The notes under the pieces: model-generated
The model's input: only the letters and a program-made list of their open reading frames with translations
What the model was told of the DNA's origin: nothing
Databases searched by the model: none
Position numbers and translations under genes: made by a program
From: Candidatus Azotimanducaceae bacterium
Lineage (GTDB): Bacteria; Pseudomonadota; Gammaproteobacteria; Pseudomonadales; Azotimanducaceae
Length of the DNA: 64,000 nt
Direction of reading: 5' to 3'
Assembly: GCA_965200375.1 (NCBI GenBank)
Contig: OZ241353.1
Span: forward strand, 1,153,797-1,217,796
Part shown: positions 47,969-56,312 of the stretch, piece by piece
Layout of the letters: every line of letters starts with the position of its first letter
Position numbering within the stretch: position 1 is the first letter of the stretch

Positions 47969-49192
47969 CTACAGCAACTGCGAGAGCAGCGTCCGCGCGG
48001 GGACCACGAGCGGCGGGCCGGGGCGGGCGAAGCAGTCGGCGTCCACGTAGTCCGCTTCCATCGTCGCCTGGAAGGCGAACGGCGCGTCCAGCGCGCGCTG
48101 GAAGTGGGCCAGTGCCGGGCTTGGCGAGACATCCGCGCGCTTCGCTTCCACCAGGAACCAAGGGCGACCGTCCCGCACGACGACGAAGTCCACCTCGCGC
48201 TTCTCCTTGTCGCGCAGATAGCCGAGCTCGAACGCGCCGAGCCCCAAGTCGTTCCAGCCATCGACCGCCTTGCGCAGATGGCAGGCGACGAAGGTCTCCG
48301 CGCGCTGGCCGACGTCCTGGACGGTCGCCCAATCTCCGAGATACCACTTGGGCTCCTTGCGCAGCGACCGAGCGACGTTGCGATGCCAGGGCCGAAGCAG
48401 GAATCCCACATGCAGGTCGCACAGCGTCGCCACCCATCGGCGGGCGGTGTCCACGGCCACCCGCGCCTGATTGGCCAGACGGCCGTACACCAGCTGTTGG
48501 CCGGACTGCGCGGCCAGCATGGCCGCCACCATTTCCAGCTGGCCAAGCTGCTGTACGTTGGTGAGGTCGCGCACATCCTCGCGCAGCAACTGCTCCTGGC
48601 GCAGCGAACGCCAGCGCCGGCTGAAGCGGGCGTCGCGGCGCAGGAACGGCTCCGGAAAGCCGCCGTGCAGCCACAACGCCGCCCAGTTCTCGGCGTCGAT
48701 TCGCCGCGGCTCGCCGACGATGCCGGCGGCGTCCGGCAGGCGCGGCGCAAGCGCTTCGGCGGTCGAGAAGGGGTGCATCCGGTAGCGGAAGTAGCGCCCC
48801 ATCAAGCTGTCGCCGCCGCGCCGGTAGACGTCCAGCCGACTGCTGCCGGTGAGGGCGATGCGCAGCTTGTCGCCGTGGGTGTCGAACAGGCCCTTGAGGA
48901 ACTGCTTCCAGCGCGGAAACTTGTGCAGCTCCTCGAACAGCACCAGTGGCGGCTTCTCCCGAAGCCGGTCGAGGCGAAGGGCGTCGACCAGCCGCGCCGG
49001 GCCGGCCAGCACCAGGTCGCGGCCGTCCAGGTCGTCCCAGTTGACGTAGGCGTCCGCCAGTTGGCGGCAGGTCGTAGTCTTGCCAACCTGGCGCGGCCCG
49101 CTTACGAAGGCCATCTGTCGGTTGCCGGCGTAGTGTTCGGCAAGCAGCGCGTGGTACAGGCGGGGCGTGGACGTGGCGACCATTATCTTCAT
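47969..49192 (-). CDS. AAA-family ATPase with DUF4143-like C-terminus
   Basis: FVSGPRQVGKTT Walker A, LVLFEELHKFPRWKQFLK, and C-terminal REVDFVVVRDGRPWFLVEAK. Start at internal ATG 49192 (MKIMVAT). Confidence 0.75.
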   Translation of the reverse strand: MKIMVATSTPRLYHALLAEHYAGNRQMAFVSGPRQVGKTTTCRQLADAYVNWDDLDGRDLVLAGPARLVDALRLDRLREKPPLVLFEELHKFPRWKQFLKGLFDTHGDKLRIALTGSSRLDVYRRGGDSLMGRYFRYRMHPFSTAEALAPRLPDAAGIVGEPRRIDAENWAALWLHGGFPEPFLRRDARFSRRWRSLRQEQLLREDVRDLTNVQQLGQLEMVAAMLAAQSGQQLVYGRLANQARVAVDTARRWVATLCDLHVGFLLRPWHRNVARSLRKEPKWYLGDWATVQDVGQRAETFVACHLRKAVDGWNDLGLGAFELGYLRDKEKREVDFVVVRDGRPWFLVEAKRADVSPSPALAHFQRALDAPFAFQATMEADYVDADCFARPGPPLVVPARTLLSQLL

Positions 49193-49316
49193 GGTCGCAG
49201 AATGGTCAAGACCAAAATACGATTCGCCGTCGCTTGGTCGAGTGCTTGGCGCCGCCGGGCGGCCGCGTAGGGCGGCAGTACAATGGGCCGCACTGACACC
49301 GTTGAGGGAGCGGGCC

Positions 49317-50417
49317 ATGCGCTTCATGCAATCGAAGGCTTGGGCGGCGCTGCCCGTGCTGGGGCTGGGCCTTGCTGCCTGCGGCCCCACCGCCGGCCCC
49401 GCCGACGATGGCGCTGGCGACGGCGCACCGGCGGCGCAGCCCGCCGCAAGCGGCGACTTCGCCACCGACACGCACAGTTTCGAGCAGGTCGCCGACGGCG
49501 TCTACTTCGCGCGCTACACGGTGCCGGCGTTCAACAGCAACTCGCTGGTGATCGTCGGCGACGAAGACGTCATCGTCGTCGATTCTCACATCACGCCGGC
49601 CACCGCCCGCGCGCTGCTCGCCTCCATCCGCACGGTCACGGACAATCCCGTGAGCGTGGTAGTGAATACTCACTTTCACTACGACCACGCGCACGGCAAC
49701 CAAGCGTTTCCCGGCGCCCGGATAATCGGCCACGCCTTCACCCGCCAGAAGACGGCGACGGCGCCGCTCGAAGAGAAGACGTTCCAGGACCACCTCGCCC
49801 GCACCACCGTCGGCGTCGAACGCTTGCAGGCGGCGCTGGAAGCCGCCGAGACGGAGGAGGACCGGCAGCAGGCCGAGAGCCGCCTCGCCTCCGCCAGGGC
49901 CCAGCTGGCGAACCTTGAGGAGGTGGCGCCGGTGCCGCCGAACATAACCCTCGACGAGCGCATCGTCCTCTACCGGGGCGAGCGGGAGATCCAGCTGCTG
50001 TTCTGCGGGCGCGCCCATACCGGCGGCGACGTGGTGGTCTTCCTGCCCGACGAACGACTGGTGTTCACCGGCGACATGATGCTCGGCGGCCCGTCCTGGC
50101 TTGGCGACGGCTACGTGGACGAGTGGCCGGCAACCTTGGAGAGGCTCAAGGCGTTGGAGTTCGACCTGGTGCTGCCCGGCCACGGTCCCAAGTTCGCGGA
50201 CCGGGCGCTGATCGACCACGTGCAGGACTTCTATCGGGCGCTGTGGACCCAAGTGGCGGATCTGCGGGGCCAGGGCAAGTCCGTGGGGGAAGCCGCCGCC
50301 GCGGTGGACCTGCGGAATTTCGAGGACCGGCTGCCGGGCCGGCGCCTGGGCTTCGACCCGCAGGCCGTGGCGCGCATCTACGAGCGGATGGCGGAGATCG
50401 AGTCCAGCAGCGCCTAG
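49317..50417 (+). CDS. MBL-fold metallo-hydrolase (exported)
   Basis: VVNTHFHYDHAHGN (HxHxDH motif), lipoprotein-like signal LGLGLAAC, GAGGGAG SD before ATG 49317, and TACAAT at 49279-49284. Confidence 0.8.
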   Translation: MRFMQSKAWAALPVLGLGLAACGPTAGPADDGAGDGAPAAQPAASGDFATDTHSFEQVADGVYFARYTVPAFNSNSLVIVGDEDVIVVDSHITPATARALLASIRTVTDNPVSVVVNTHFHYDHAHGNQAFPGARIIGHAFTRQKTATAPLEEKTFQDHLARTTVGVERLQAALEAAETEEDRQQAESRLASARAQLANLEEVAPVPPNITLDERIVLYRGEREIQLLFCGRAHTGGDVVVFLPDERLVFTGDMMLGGPSWLGDGYVDEWPATLERLKALEFDLVLPGHGPKFADRALIDHVQDFYRALWTQVADLRGQGKSVGEAAAAVDLRNFEDRLPGRRLGFDPQAVARIYERMAEIESSSA

Positions 50418-50430
50418 CACGGCGCCGGGT

Positions 50431-51288
50431 TTAGCCCCTAGCGCCCCGCTTGCCGGTGCGCAGCCGCAGGGCGAAGGCGAGGGCGCCGTCCTTGCCGCTC
50501 ACCTTGATGCGCTTCAGGGCGTGGGCCTCCGCCGCCAGATCCCTGCTGATGCCGGGATCCGTGGTGACCGCCCAGCGATAGCCAGCGGCGGCCACGGTTT
50601 CCGCATCCGCCCGGCCGTAGATGCCGAAGGGATACGCGAAGGAAACGACGGGCGTGTCGAACCCGCCCTCGAGTTCGGCCTTGCCCTCGGCGATCTCGCG
50701 CCGCCGGTCGGCCGCATCCAGACTCGGCAGCAGCGCATGGGTCCGCGTGTGGGCGCCCAGTTCCCAGACGCCGGACGCCAGCATGGCGCGGACGTCGGCA
50801 TCGGCGAGCTTGGCCTCGCGGCCGAGTTCGCCGTCGGCGTGGCGGGGGTTCTTTGCCGTCGACCAGTCGCGCCAGCGGTCCGCCACCAGGAACAGCGTCG
50901 CCTTGGCGCCGTACTTCACGAGCAGCGGATGCGCGGCGAGGAAGTTGTCCCGATAGCCGTCGTCGAATGTCAGGGCCACTGTCTTTCCGCCCTGCTCTCT
51001 GCCGTTCCCTCCCTTCTCTCCGGCGTCCTTCGACAACGCCGACAGCTCGGACAGGAAGACGAAACGCCAGCCGTGGGCGACCAGGTAGCGCAGCTGGCGC
51101 TCGAACGCCGCGGGGTGGACGCGCAGCTTGTTGAACCGGCCCCCCGGCAGGGCGGGGGCCACCATGTGGTACATGAGGATGCGCGGATGGCGGTACGGCA
51201 CGGTTCGCCGCCACCAGGCGAACCGCCAGCAGAATGCCGCGAAGACGATGCCAGCGGCGAAGAGCGCCCAGCCGGCGAAGCCGCTCAC
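50431..51288 (-). CDS. Polysaccharide deacetylase (NodB-type), membrane anchored
   Basis: VALTFDDGYRDN, GAHTRTHALL, FAYPFG NodB motifs. GTG start 51288 overlaps the stop of the upstream glycosyltransferase (GTGA). Only the C-terminal third of the 864-aa track ORF is credible. Confidence 0.75.
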   Translation of the reverse strand: MSGFAGWALFAAGIVFAAFCWRFAWWRRTVPYRHPRILMYHMVAPALPGGRFNKLRVHPAAFERQLRYLVAHGWRFVFLSELSALSKDAGEKGGNGREQGGKTVALTFDDGYRDNFLAAHPLLVKYGAKATLFLVADRWRDWSTAKNPRHADGELGREAKLADADVRAMLASGVWELGAHTRTHALLPSLDAADRRREIAEGKAELEGGFDTPVVSFAYPFGIYGRADAETVAAAGYRWAVTTDPGISRDLAAEAHALKRIKVSGKDGALAFALRLRTGKRGARG

Positions 51289-52454
51289 GCCTGTGCCCGG
51301 GCCAGCTCCGCGTACAGCGCCAGCGTCTCGGCGCACATTCGCGCCCGGTCGAAGGAGTGTTCCCGCACCGCCCGGCGGGCGCCTGCTTCGTCGGCCAACA
51401 CTGCGGCGAGCCCGGTCGCGGCGGCGCTCGGGTCGTTGGCCGCAACGCGTCCCTCCGGGAACACCTGCGCCAGCACTTCGCCGACGCCGCCGTGGTCGTA
51501 GCCAACCACCGGCGTACCGAGGGACAGCGCCTCCAAGGTCGTGCGCCCGAAGGACTCCGGGTGCGTGGAGAGGGAGACGACCACGCTGGAGACGGCCATG
51601 ATCTCGCGGACGTCCTCCCGGTGGCCAGCGAAGGTCAGCCACGGCGCCCGGCGGGCCAGCTCGGCGGCGTAGCGCCGGTGCTGGCCGGCGGCGCCGCCGA
51701 CCACCAGCCCGGCGACGTCCGGAAACCGCCGCCGCACGCTTTCCAGCGCATCGATGAAGTGGTGGTGGCCCTTGAGCCGCGTGATCCGTCCGGGCAACGT
51801 CGCCAGGCGCTTGCCAACTAGCTGGGGATGCCGCTGCCGCCACGCCTCCAGCCAGCGGCGGCCGGGCCGGTAGCTCTTGTGGAAGCGCGCCTTGTCCACG
51901 CCCCGGTAGATGAGCGCCAGCCGCTCCGGCGGCGTGCGCGGATAGTGATCGCGCACGTAGCGGCGTACCGTCTCGGACACCGCGACGACCCGTTCGCCCT
52001 TCGCCATCACGCCGCTGTAGGCGTTCACGGAATAGAGCCCATGTACCGTGGTGACGAACCGGGGCCGAGCGGACCGGGGCATGCGCCGCCAAGCGAGATA
52101 GCAGATCCACGCCGGCAGGCGGGACCGGGCGTGCAGGATGGCGGGCCGTTCGGCGGCCAGATAGCGCCGCAGCCGGGCCACTTGCAGCAGCGTCGCCGGA
52201 TGCTTGCGGCCCAGGGGCCACTCCAAGTGGCGGCTGCCGCCCCGCTGCAGCACCGCCACCAGTCTGCCGCCGCCCGAGAGCACAGTGGATTCGTGCCCCG
52301 CCTCCACCAGTGCCTGCGCCACCTCGAGGGTGCCGCGTTCCACGCCGCCGCCGTGCAGCGCCGGCAGCACTTGCACCACCCGCAAGCGCCCGCCGCTCCC
52401 GCCACTGCGGGAGGAGCGCGAGAGCGCCGAGAGGCGTTCGACCGACTGCGCCAT
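51285..52454 (-). CDS. Glycosyltransferase family 4
   Basis: LRVVQVLPALHGGGVERGTLEVAQAL N-terminus, SLSTHPESFGRTTLEALSLGTPVVG (EX7E region). Start 52454 (MAQSV) or 52463. Confidence 0.85.
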   Translation of the reverse strand: MAQSVERLSALSRSSRSGGSGGRLRVVQVLPALHGGGVERGTLEVAQALVEAGHESTVLSGGGRLVAVLQRGGSRHLEWPLGRKHPATLLQVARLRRYLAAERPAILHARSRLPAWICYLAWRRMPRSARPRFVTTVHGLYSVNAYSGVMAKGERVVAVSETVRRYVRDHYPRTPPERLALIYRGVDKARFHKSYRPGRRWLEAWRQRHPQLVGKRLATLPGRITRLKGHHHFIDALESVRRRFPDVAGLVVGGAAGQHRRYAAELARRAPWLTFAGHREDVREIMAVSSVVVSLSTHPESFGRTTLEALSLGTPVVGYDHGGVGEVLAQVFPEGRVAANDPSAAATGLAAVLADEAGARRAVREHSFDRARMCAETLALYAELARAQA

Positions 52455-52757
52455 CGGGCGCATTGTAGTGGCCGGGCAGGAACCATCGCTGGCGCCCGGA
52501 TGGCCTCCGGGTTGGCTCTAGGTCTCGGTGCCTTCCACAAGCCGCTCGGAGTGACAGGGCGCCATTTGGGATGCTCCGGGATGTCGCACGCGGCGTTCCG
52601 TCCTTGCCGCTTGTCGTACTCGATTGGGAGGAGTTGCTGTGTGCCAAGTTCCATGGCTGCTTCGTGCCCATCCGCTGGAACATACGCACTTGCACGGCAG
52701 CGACGCTAGCTGCAATCTGCCGTCTGCACACGTTCAACGAGGGCGGGTAAGGGCTGC

Positions 52758-54362
52758 ATGACTTCGCAAGTGCTGATCTCCTGGGTTGCGGTGAATAACG
52801 ACCCCTTTGAAGAGAAGCGGCCGAATGTACCGGGGCCGACGCTGACCTTGCTGTTCGACAAGAACTCGCCGCACAAGGGCGACGTTGGCGACGTTGTGCT
52901 TCTGCATCGGCAAGCCGAGCCGGACAGCAAGGAGCAGCAAGCCGTCGCAAAGACGAAGCAGGAGATCGGGCGCAGAGAGAAGGACATCGGCTTGCACTGT
53001 GTTCCTTGGTGCGGCGACGATCCAACCGATCACCGGGCGATCTTCGAGTTTCTGCGCCGAGAACTGCCGCAGCTGAGGCGGCGTTTCGTCGGACGCGAAC
53101 TCGTCATCCACATCAGCCCTGGAACGCCTTCGATGCAGACGATCTGGGTGCTGATGGGCGAGACGGGCTTCATCGGGCCTCCCTTTGTCTTGGTCAAGTC
53201 CTATCGCAGCAAGGACAGACGCGGGCGACCACCGGTGGTGCCGGTGAAGCTCGACATCGAGACGTTCTACAAGGCGTACATATCGGCTCGGCCTCGCCGC
53301 GTGGCATCCGAGGAACAACGCGTTCTGTGGGATCCGACGCACTTCCGTACCGACCGGATGAAGCAGCTATTTGCCGAGGCGCGCCGTTTTGCGGCACTCA
53401 ATGTGCCGGTGCTGCTGCTGGGCGAGCGAGGCACGGGGAAGACGACGCTGGCCAGCTGGATCAGACTCCACAGCCCGTTCCGTCGTGAAGACCAAGACGC
53501 TAGCTGGCCAGCCGTCGCCTGCGGCCAATACAGCCCGGAGACCATGCGCTCCGAGCTGTTCGGCCACCGCAAGGGAGCGTTCACGGGCGCAACCCAAGAC
53601 AATGACGGTCTGATCCATGCCGCCGATGGCGACACGCTGTTCCTTGACGAAGTGGGCGATATCAGCCGCGACCTGCAGCGGCTGCTCATCAGGGCAGTCG
53701 AGGAGAAGGAATACGTCCCACTTGGCGCCATCAAGCCGCAGCGAAGCGACTTCCGTCTCTTGACGGCAACCAACATCAACGCAGACGAACTCCACGATCG
53801 GCTCGATCCGGACTTCCTTGACCGCATAAGTCTTCTCCAGCTGCGCTTGCCACCGCTGCGAGAGGTTCGAGAGGAGTTGCCTTGGCTCTGGCAAGAGACC
53901 TACCGAGAGGCCGCTCGTCGCTCGGGCGTCGTCGAATCCGTCGCGCAACTGAACGCGGACTGCGAGGCGCAGGTCGTCCCGGCGCTCATGGGCCATCCAC
54001 TCCCGGGCAACATGCGCGACTTGCTCAAAGTCGCCTACCGATTGCTCGCCGCGCTTGGCGATCCGCATGAGCCCTTGGCCGGACCCGAAGCCGTTCACTA
54101 CGCGCTCGCTGATTTGGACGACCAGTCGGCTAGCACGAGCAGCGTCTCCGCGGCTGTGGCGCGTGCCTTCGCCGACGCCCGAGACCTTGATGCGGCCTTC
54201 GACGGTTGCGGTGGGGCACTCCCCACCAAGACCGTGGAAGCCGATCTGAGACGGTTCATGGGTACTGAACTGCGCAGGATCGCCAGCGAAAGGGGCTTGT
54301 CCGATGACAATGTAGCCGACACGTCGGGCAGGACATTGCGGAACTGGGCGCTAAGGAGGTAA
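52758..54362 (+). CDS. RtcR-like sigma-54-dependent transcriptional activator (CARF-like N-domain + bEBP AAA+ + C-terminal HTH)
   Basis: N-terminal LVIHISPGTPSMQTIWVLM resembles E. coli RtcR YLIHITTGTHVAQICWFLL. Walker A LLLGERGTGKTT. GAFTGA loop in HRKGAFTGATQD. Walker B TLFLDEVGD. C-terminal ...DTSGRTLRNW is Fis-like. Confidence 0.75.
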   Translation: MTSQVLISWVAVNNDPFEEKRPNVPGPTLTLLFDKNSPHKGDVGDVVLLHRQAEPDSKEQQAVAKTKQEIGRREKDIGLHCVPWCGDDPTDHRAIFEFLRRELPQLRRRFVGRELVIHISPGTPSMQTIWVLMGETGFIGPPFVLVKSYRSKDRRGRPPVVPVKLDIETFYKAYISARPRRVASEEQRVLWDPTHFRTDRMKQLFAEARRFAALNVPVLLLGERGTGKTTLASWIRLHSPFRREDQDASWPAVACGQYSPETMRSELFGHRKGAFTGATQDNDGLIHAADGDTLFLDEVGDISRDLQRLLIRAVEEKEYVPLGAIKPQRSDFRLLTATNINADELHDRLDPDFLDRISLLQLRLPPLREVREELPWLWQETYREAARRSGVVESVAQLNADCEAQVVPALMGHPLPGNMRDLLKVAYRLLAALGDPHEPLAGPEAVHYALADLDDQSASTSSVSAAVARAFADARDLDAAFDGCGGALPTKTVEADLRRFMGTELRRIASERGLSDDNVADTSGRTLRNWALRR

Positions 54363-54500
54363 CTTCTTGCCGGCCGACGGAAGTATATTTCCGAGTGCCG
54401 TGGTGTCGTAGGGGTCGCTCTTGCGCTCTCGCGGCGATGTACACGAAAATACCTATTATAAACAATGTGTTATAAGAACACTGGGTGCGCGATCCGACGT

Positions 54501-54516
54501 TGGCACAGGATTTGCT
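54501..54516 (+). promoter_or_regulatory. Sigma-54 (-24/-12) promoter
   Basis: TGGCACAGGATTTGCT fits TGGCAC-N5-TTGCW, with GG and GC exactly 12 nt apart. It lies 139 nt after the bEBP stop and 36 nt before the ATG at 54552. GAGGA SD at 54539-54543. Confidence 0.65.
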
Positions 54517-54551
54517 CCATCCCACGCGAGCCACTTCCGAGGATCGCTCTG

Positions 54552-54896
54552 ATGGAACCGCAAACGTGCGACACGCACATACTGACGAACCATGCCTTAA
54601 TGCGCATGAGCGCAAGGTACATTCCCGCTGGTGCCGTCGAAGCAGCTTTGCTCCACGGCCGCACCTTTCATGTTCGTGGTGCCGAGATCCACGTCATAGG
54701 CCGCAAAGAGGTGCTGTGGCATAGGAAGAACGGCATTGACCTAGCCGACTACGAAGGCACGCAGGTCGTCTGCGACCCGGATGGCACGGTGGTCGTCACC
54801 GCGTACAAGAACCGCGACTTCCGCGGCTTGCGCCCGCACGGTCGCAGAATGGAGCGGGCCCGCCGCAGAAAACGCGCCGTCGGCGTAGGCAACTGA
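54552..54896 (+). CDS. DUF4258-like protein (BECR-fold RNase toxin-like)
   Basis: THILTNHALMRMSARYIPAGAVEAAL ... VVVTAYKN fits the DUF4258 pattern (HAxxRMxxRxI ... hhTVY). Basic C-terminal tail. Internal ATG of track ORF 54465..54896. Confidence 0.5.
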   Translation: MEPQTCDTHILTNHALMRMSARYIPAGAVEAALLHGRTFHVRGAEIHVIGRKEVLWHRKNGIDLADYEGTQVVCDPDGTVVVTAYKNRDFRGLRPHGRRMERARRRKRAVGVGN

Positions 54897-54911
54897 AGAG
54901 GAGATCAGTTC

Positions 54912-55574
54912 ATGGCCACACTCAAGGAGTTCACCGTCGCGTCCGCTCGTCCGCTGCCCGTCGTCCTCATGGCGGACGTGAGCGGAAGCATGGCCGCCGA
55001 CGGCAAGATCGCCGCGCTCAACTCGGCCGTTGCCGAGATGCAAGCGGCCTTCGCCGAGGAGGACGACGCCCAAGCGGAAATCCACATGGCCGTCGTAACC
55101 TTCGGCGGCACGGCAGCACTGCATCAGCCGCTGACCCCCGCTTCGCAAGTGCAGTGGACGAACATGGAAGCGAACGGCATGACGCCGATGGGCGCGGCGC
55201 TCGACATCGTCACGGACTTGATCGAAGACCGCGAGCGAGTGCCGAGCCGCGCCTACCGGCCCACGGTGGTACTCATCAGCGACGGCTTGCCGAACGACGA
55301 GTGGCAAGGGCCTCTCAAGCGCTTCCACGACTCCGAGCGTGCCGCCAAAGCGCAGCGTTTCGCCCTTGGCATCGGCGCCGACGCGGACCACGACGTGCTG
55401 CGTGCGTTCCTGGGCGACCCGGAAGGCCGCGTGTTCGAGGCGCACGAGGCGCGGGAAGTGCGCAAGTTCTTCCGCTGGGTGACGATGAGCGTCACCGCTC
55501 GTTCGCGCAGCGGCCAGCCCAACCAGGCGGTGGACGTGGATCCGCCGGACTTGGACGATTTCGGCGAGTTCTAG
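54912..55574 (+). CDS. vWA-domain protein (TerY-like)
   Basis: MIDAS motif LMADVSGSM, GMTPMGAAL, VVLISDGLPND. GAGGAG SD before the ATG. Confidence 0.8.
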   Translation: MATLKEFTVASARPLPVVLMADVSGSMAADGKIAALNSAVAEMQAAFAEEDDAQAEIHMAVVTFGGTAALHQPLTPASQVQWTNMEANGMTPMGAALDIVTDLIEDRERVPSRAYRPTVVLISDGLPNDEWQGPLKRFHDSERAAKAQRFALGIGADADHDVLRAFLGDPEGRVFEAHEAREVRKFFRWVTMSVTARSRSGQPNQAVDVDPPDLDDFGEF

Positions 55575-55595
55575 ACGGCGAGAGCTAGGCACCTC

Positions 55596-56312
55596 GTGAC
55601 CCAAACCGTTCAGATGTACGGCGCATCCGTTCGCGGCCCGCGCAACCGCCGCGACGGGCGAGCCAACCAAGATGCCTGGGTGAAGGCATCCGGCACGTTC
55701 GGGCATCTGATCGGCGTCTGCGATGGTGTAGGTTCCTGTCCCAACGCTCATGTGGGTGCCCGCACGGCTTGTCGCGCCTTGCGTCAGGCGGCGAGCCACT
55801 GGCCTGGCGGTTCCGCCTCCCCGAAACACCTCGTGCGCCTGGTCGAGATACTGTGGCGTCTCGGGCTCGAAGACCAGGACGCAACCGAGTGCGCCTGCAC
55901 CTGCATGTTTGCGTTGCGGTCGGCCGATGGCAGGCTGCTGCTGGCAGGCATCGGCGATGGCCTTGCTATGATTCGTGAGGAGGGCGAACTGGCAACTTTC
56001 GGCGGCAGGGGATCGGGCGTCTTCGGCAACGACACGTTGGCGTTGGGAGCGCCCCACAGGATCGACGATTGGTGGATCGCTGCCCGCGCACCGAGTAGCG
56101 GCAAGGCTGTCGTGCTTGCCACCGACGGCGTGGCGGACGACCTCGAAAACGACCGCAGAGGAGCATTCGTGGACTGGATGTGTGGGGAAGTCGGCGAGCT
56201 TGCTCCCGCCGCCCGCTGGCACCGCCTGCGTCGCGAACTGGGGCAGTGGCCCGTCCCCAATCATGTGGACGACAAGACGATTGCGGCGATGGTGGAGGTG
56301 GAGAGAGCATGA
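55596..56312 (+). CDS. PP2C-family protein phosphatase
   Basis: GASVRGPRNRRDGRANQDAW, IGVCDGVGS, VLATDGVADDL match PP2C metal-binding motifs. GTG start in the track; ATG alternative at 55614. Confidence 0.75.
   Translation: MTQTVQMYGASVRGPRNRRDGRANQDAWVKASGTFGHLIGVCDGVGSCPNAHVGARTACRALRQAASHWPGGSASPKHLVRLVEILWRLGLEDQDATECACTCMFALRSADGRLLLAGIGDGLAMIREEGELATFGGRGSGVFGNDTLALGAPHRIDDWWIAARAPSSGKAVVLATDGVADDLENDRRGAFVDWMCGEVGELAPAARWHRLRRELGQWPVPNHVDDKTIAAMVEVERA

Noticed and set aside
51289-53025. Upstream two-thirds of the 864-aa minus ORF 50431..53025
   Set aside because: Only the C-terminal NodB deacetylase part is credible. The rest is a different frame of the glycosyltransferase gene and of intergenic DNA, and is Arg/Pro-rich.
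54363-54400. Rho-independent terminator after the bEBP gene (ACTTC...GAAGT followed by ATATTT)
   Set aside because: The stem is only about 5 bp with a 13-nt loop and a poor U-tract, which is too weak to call.
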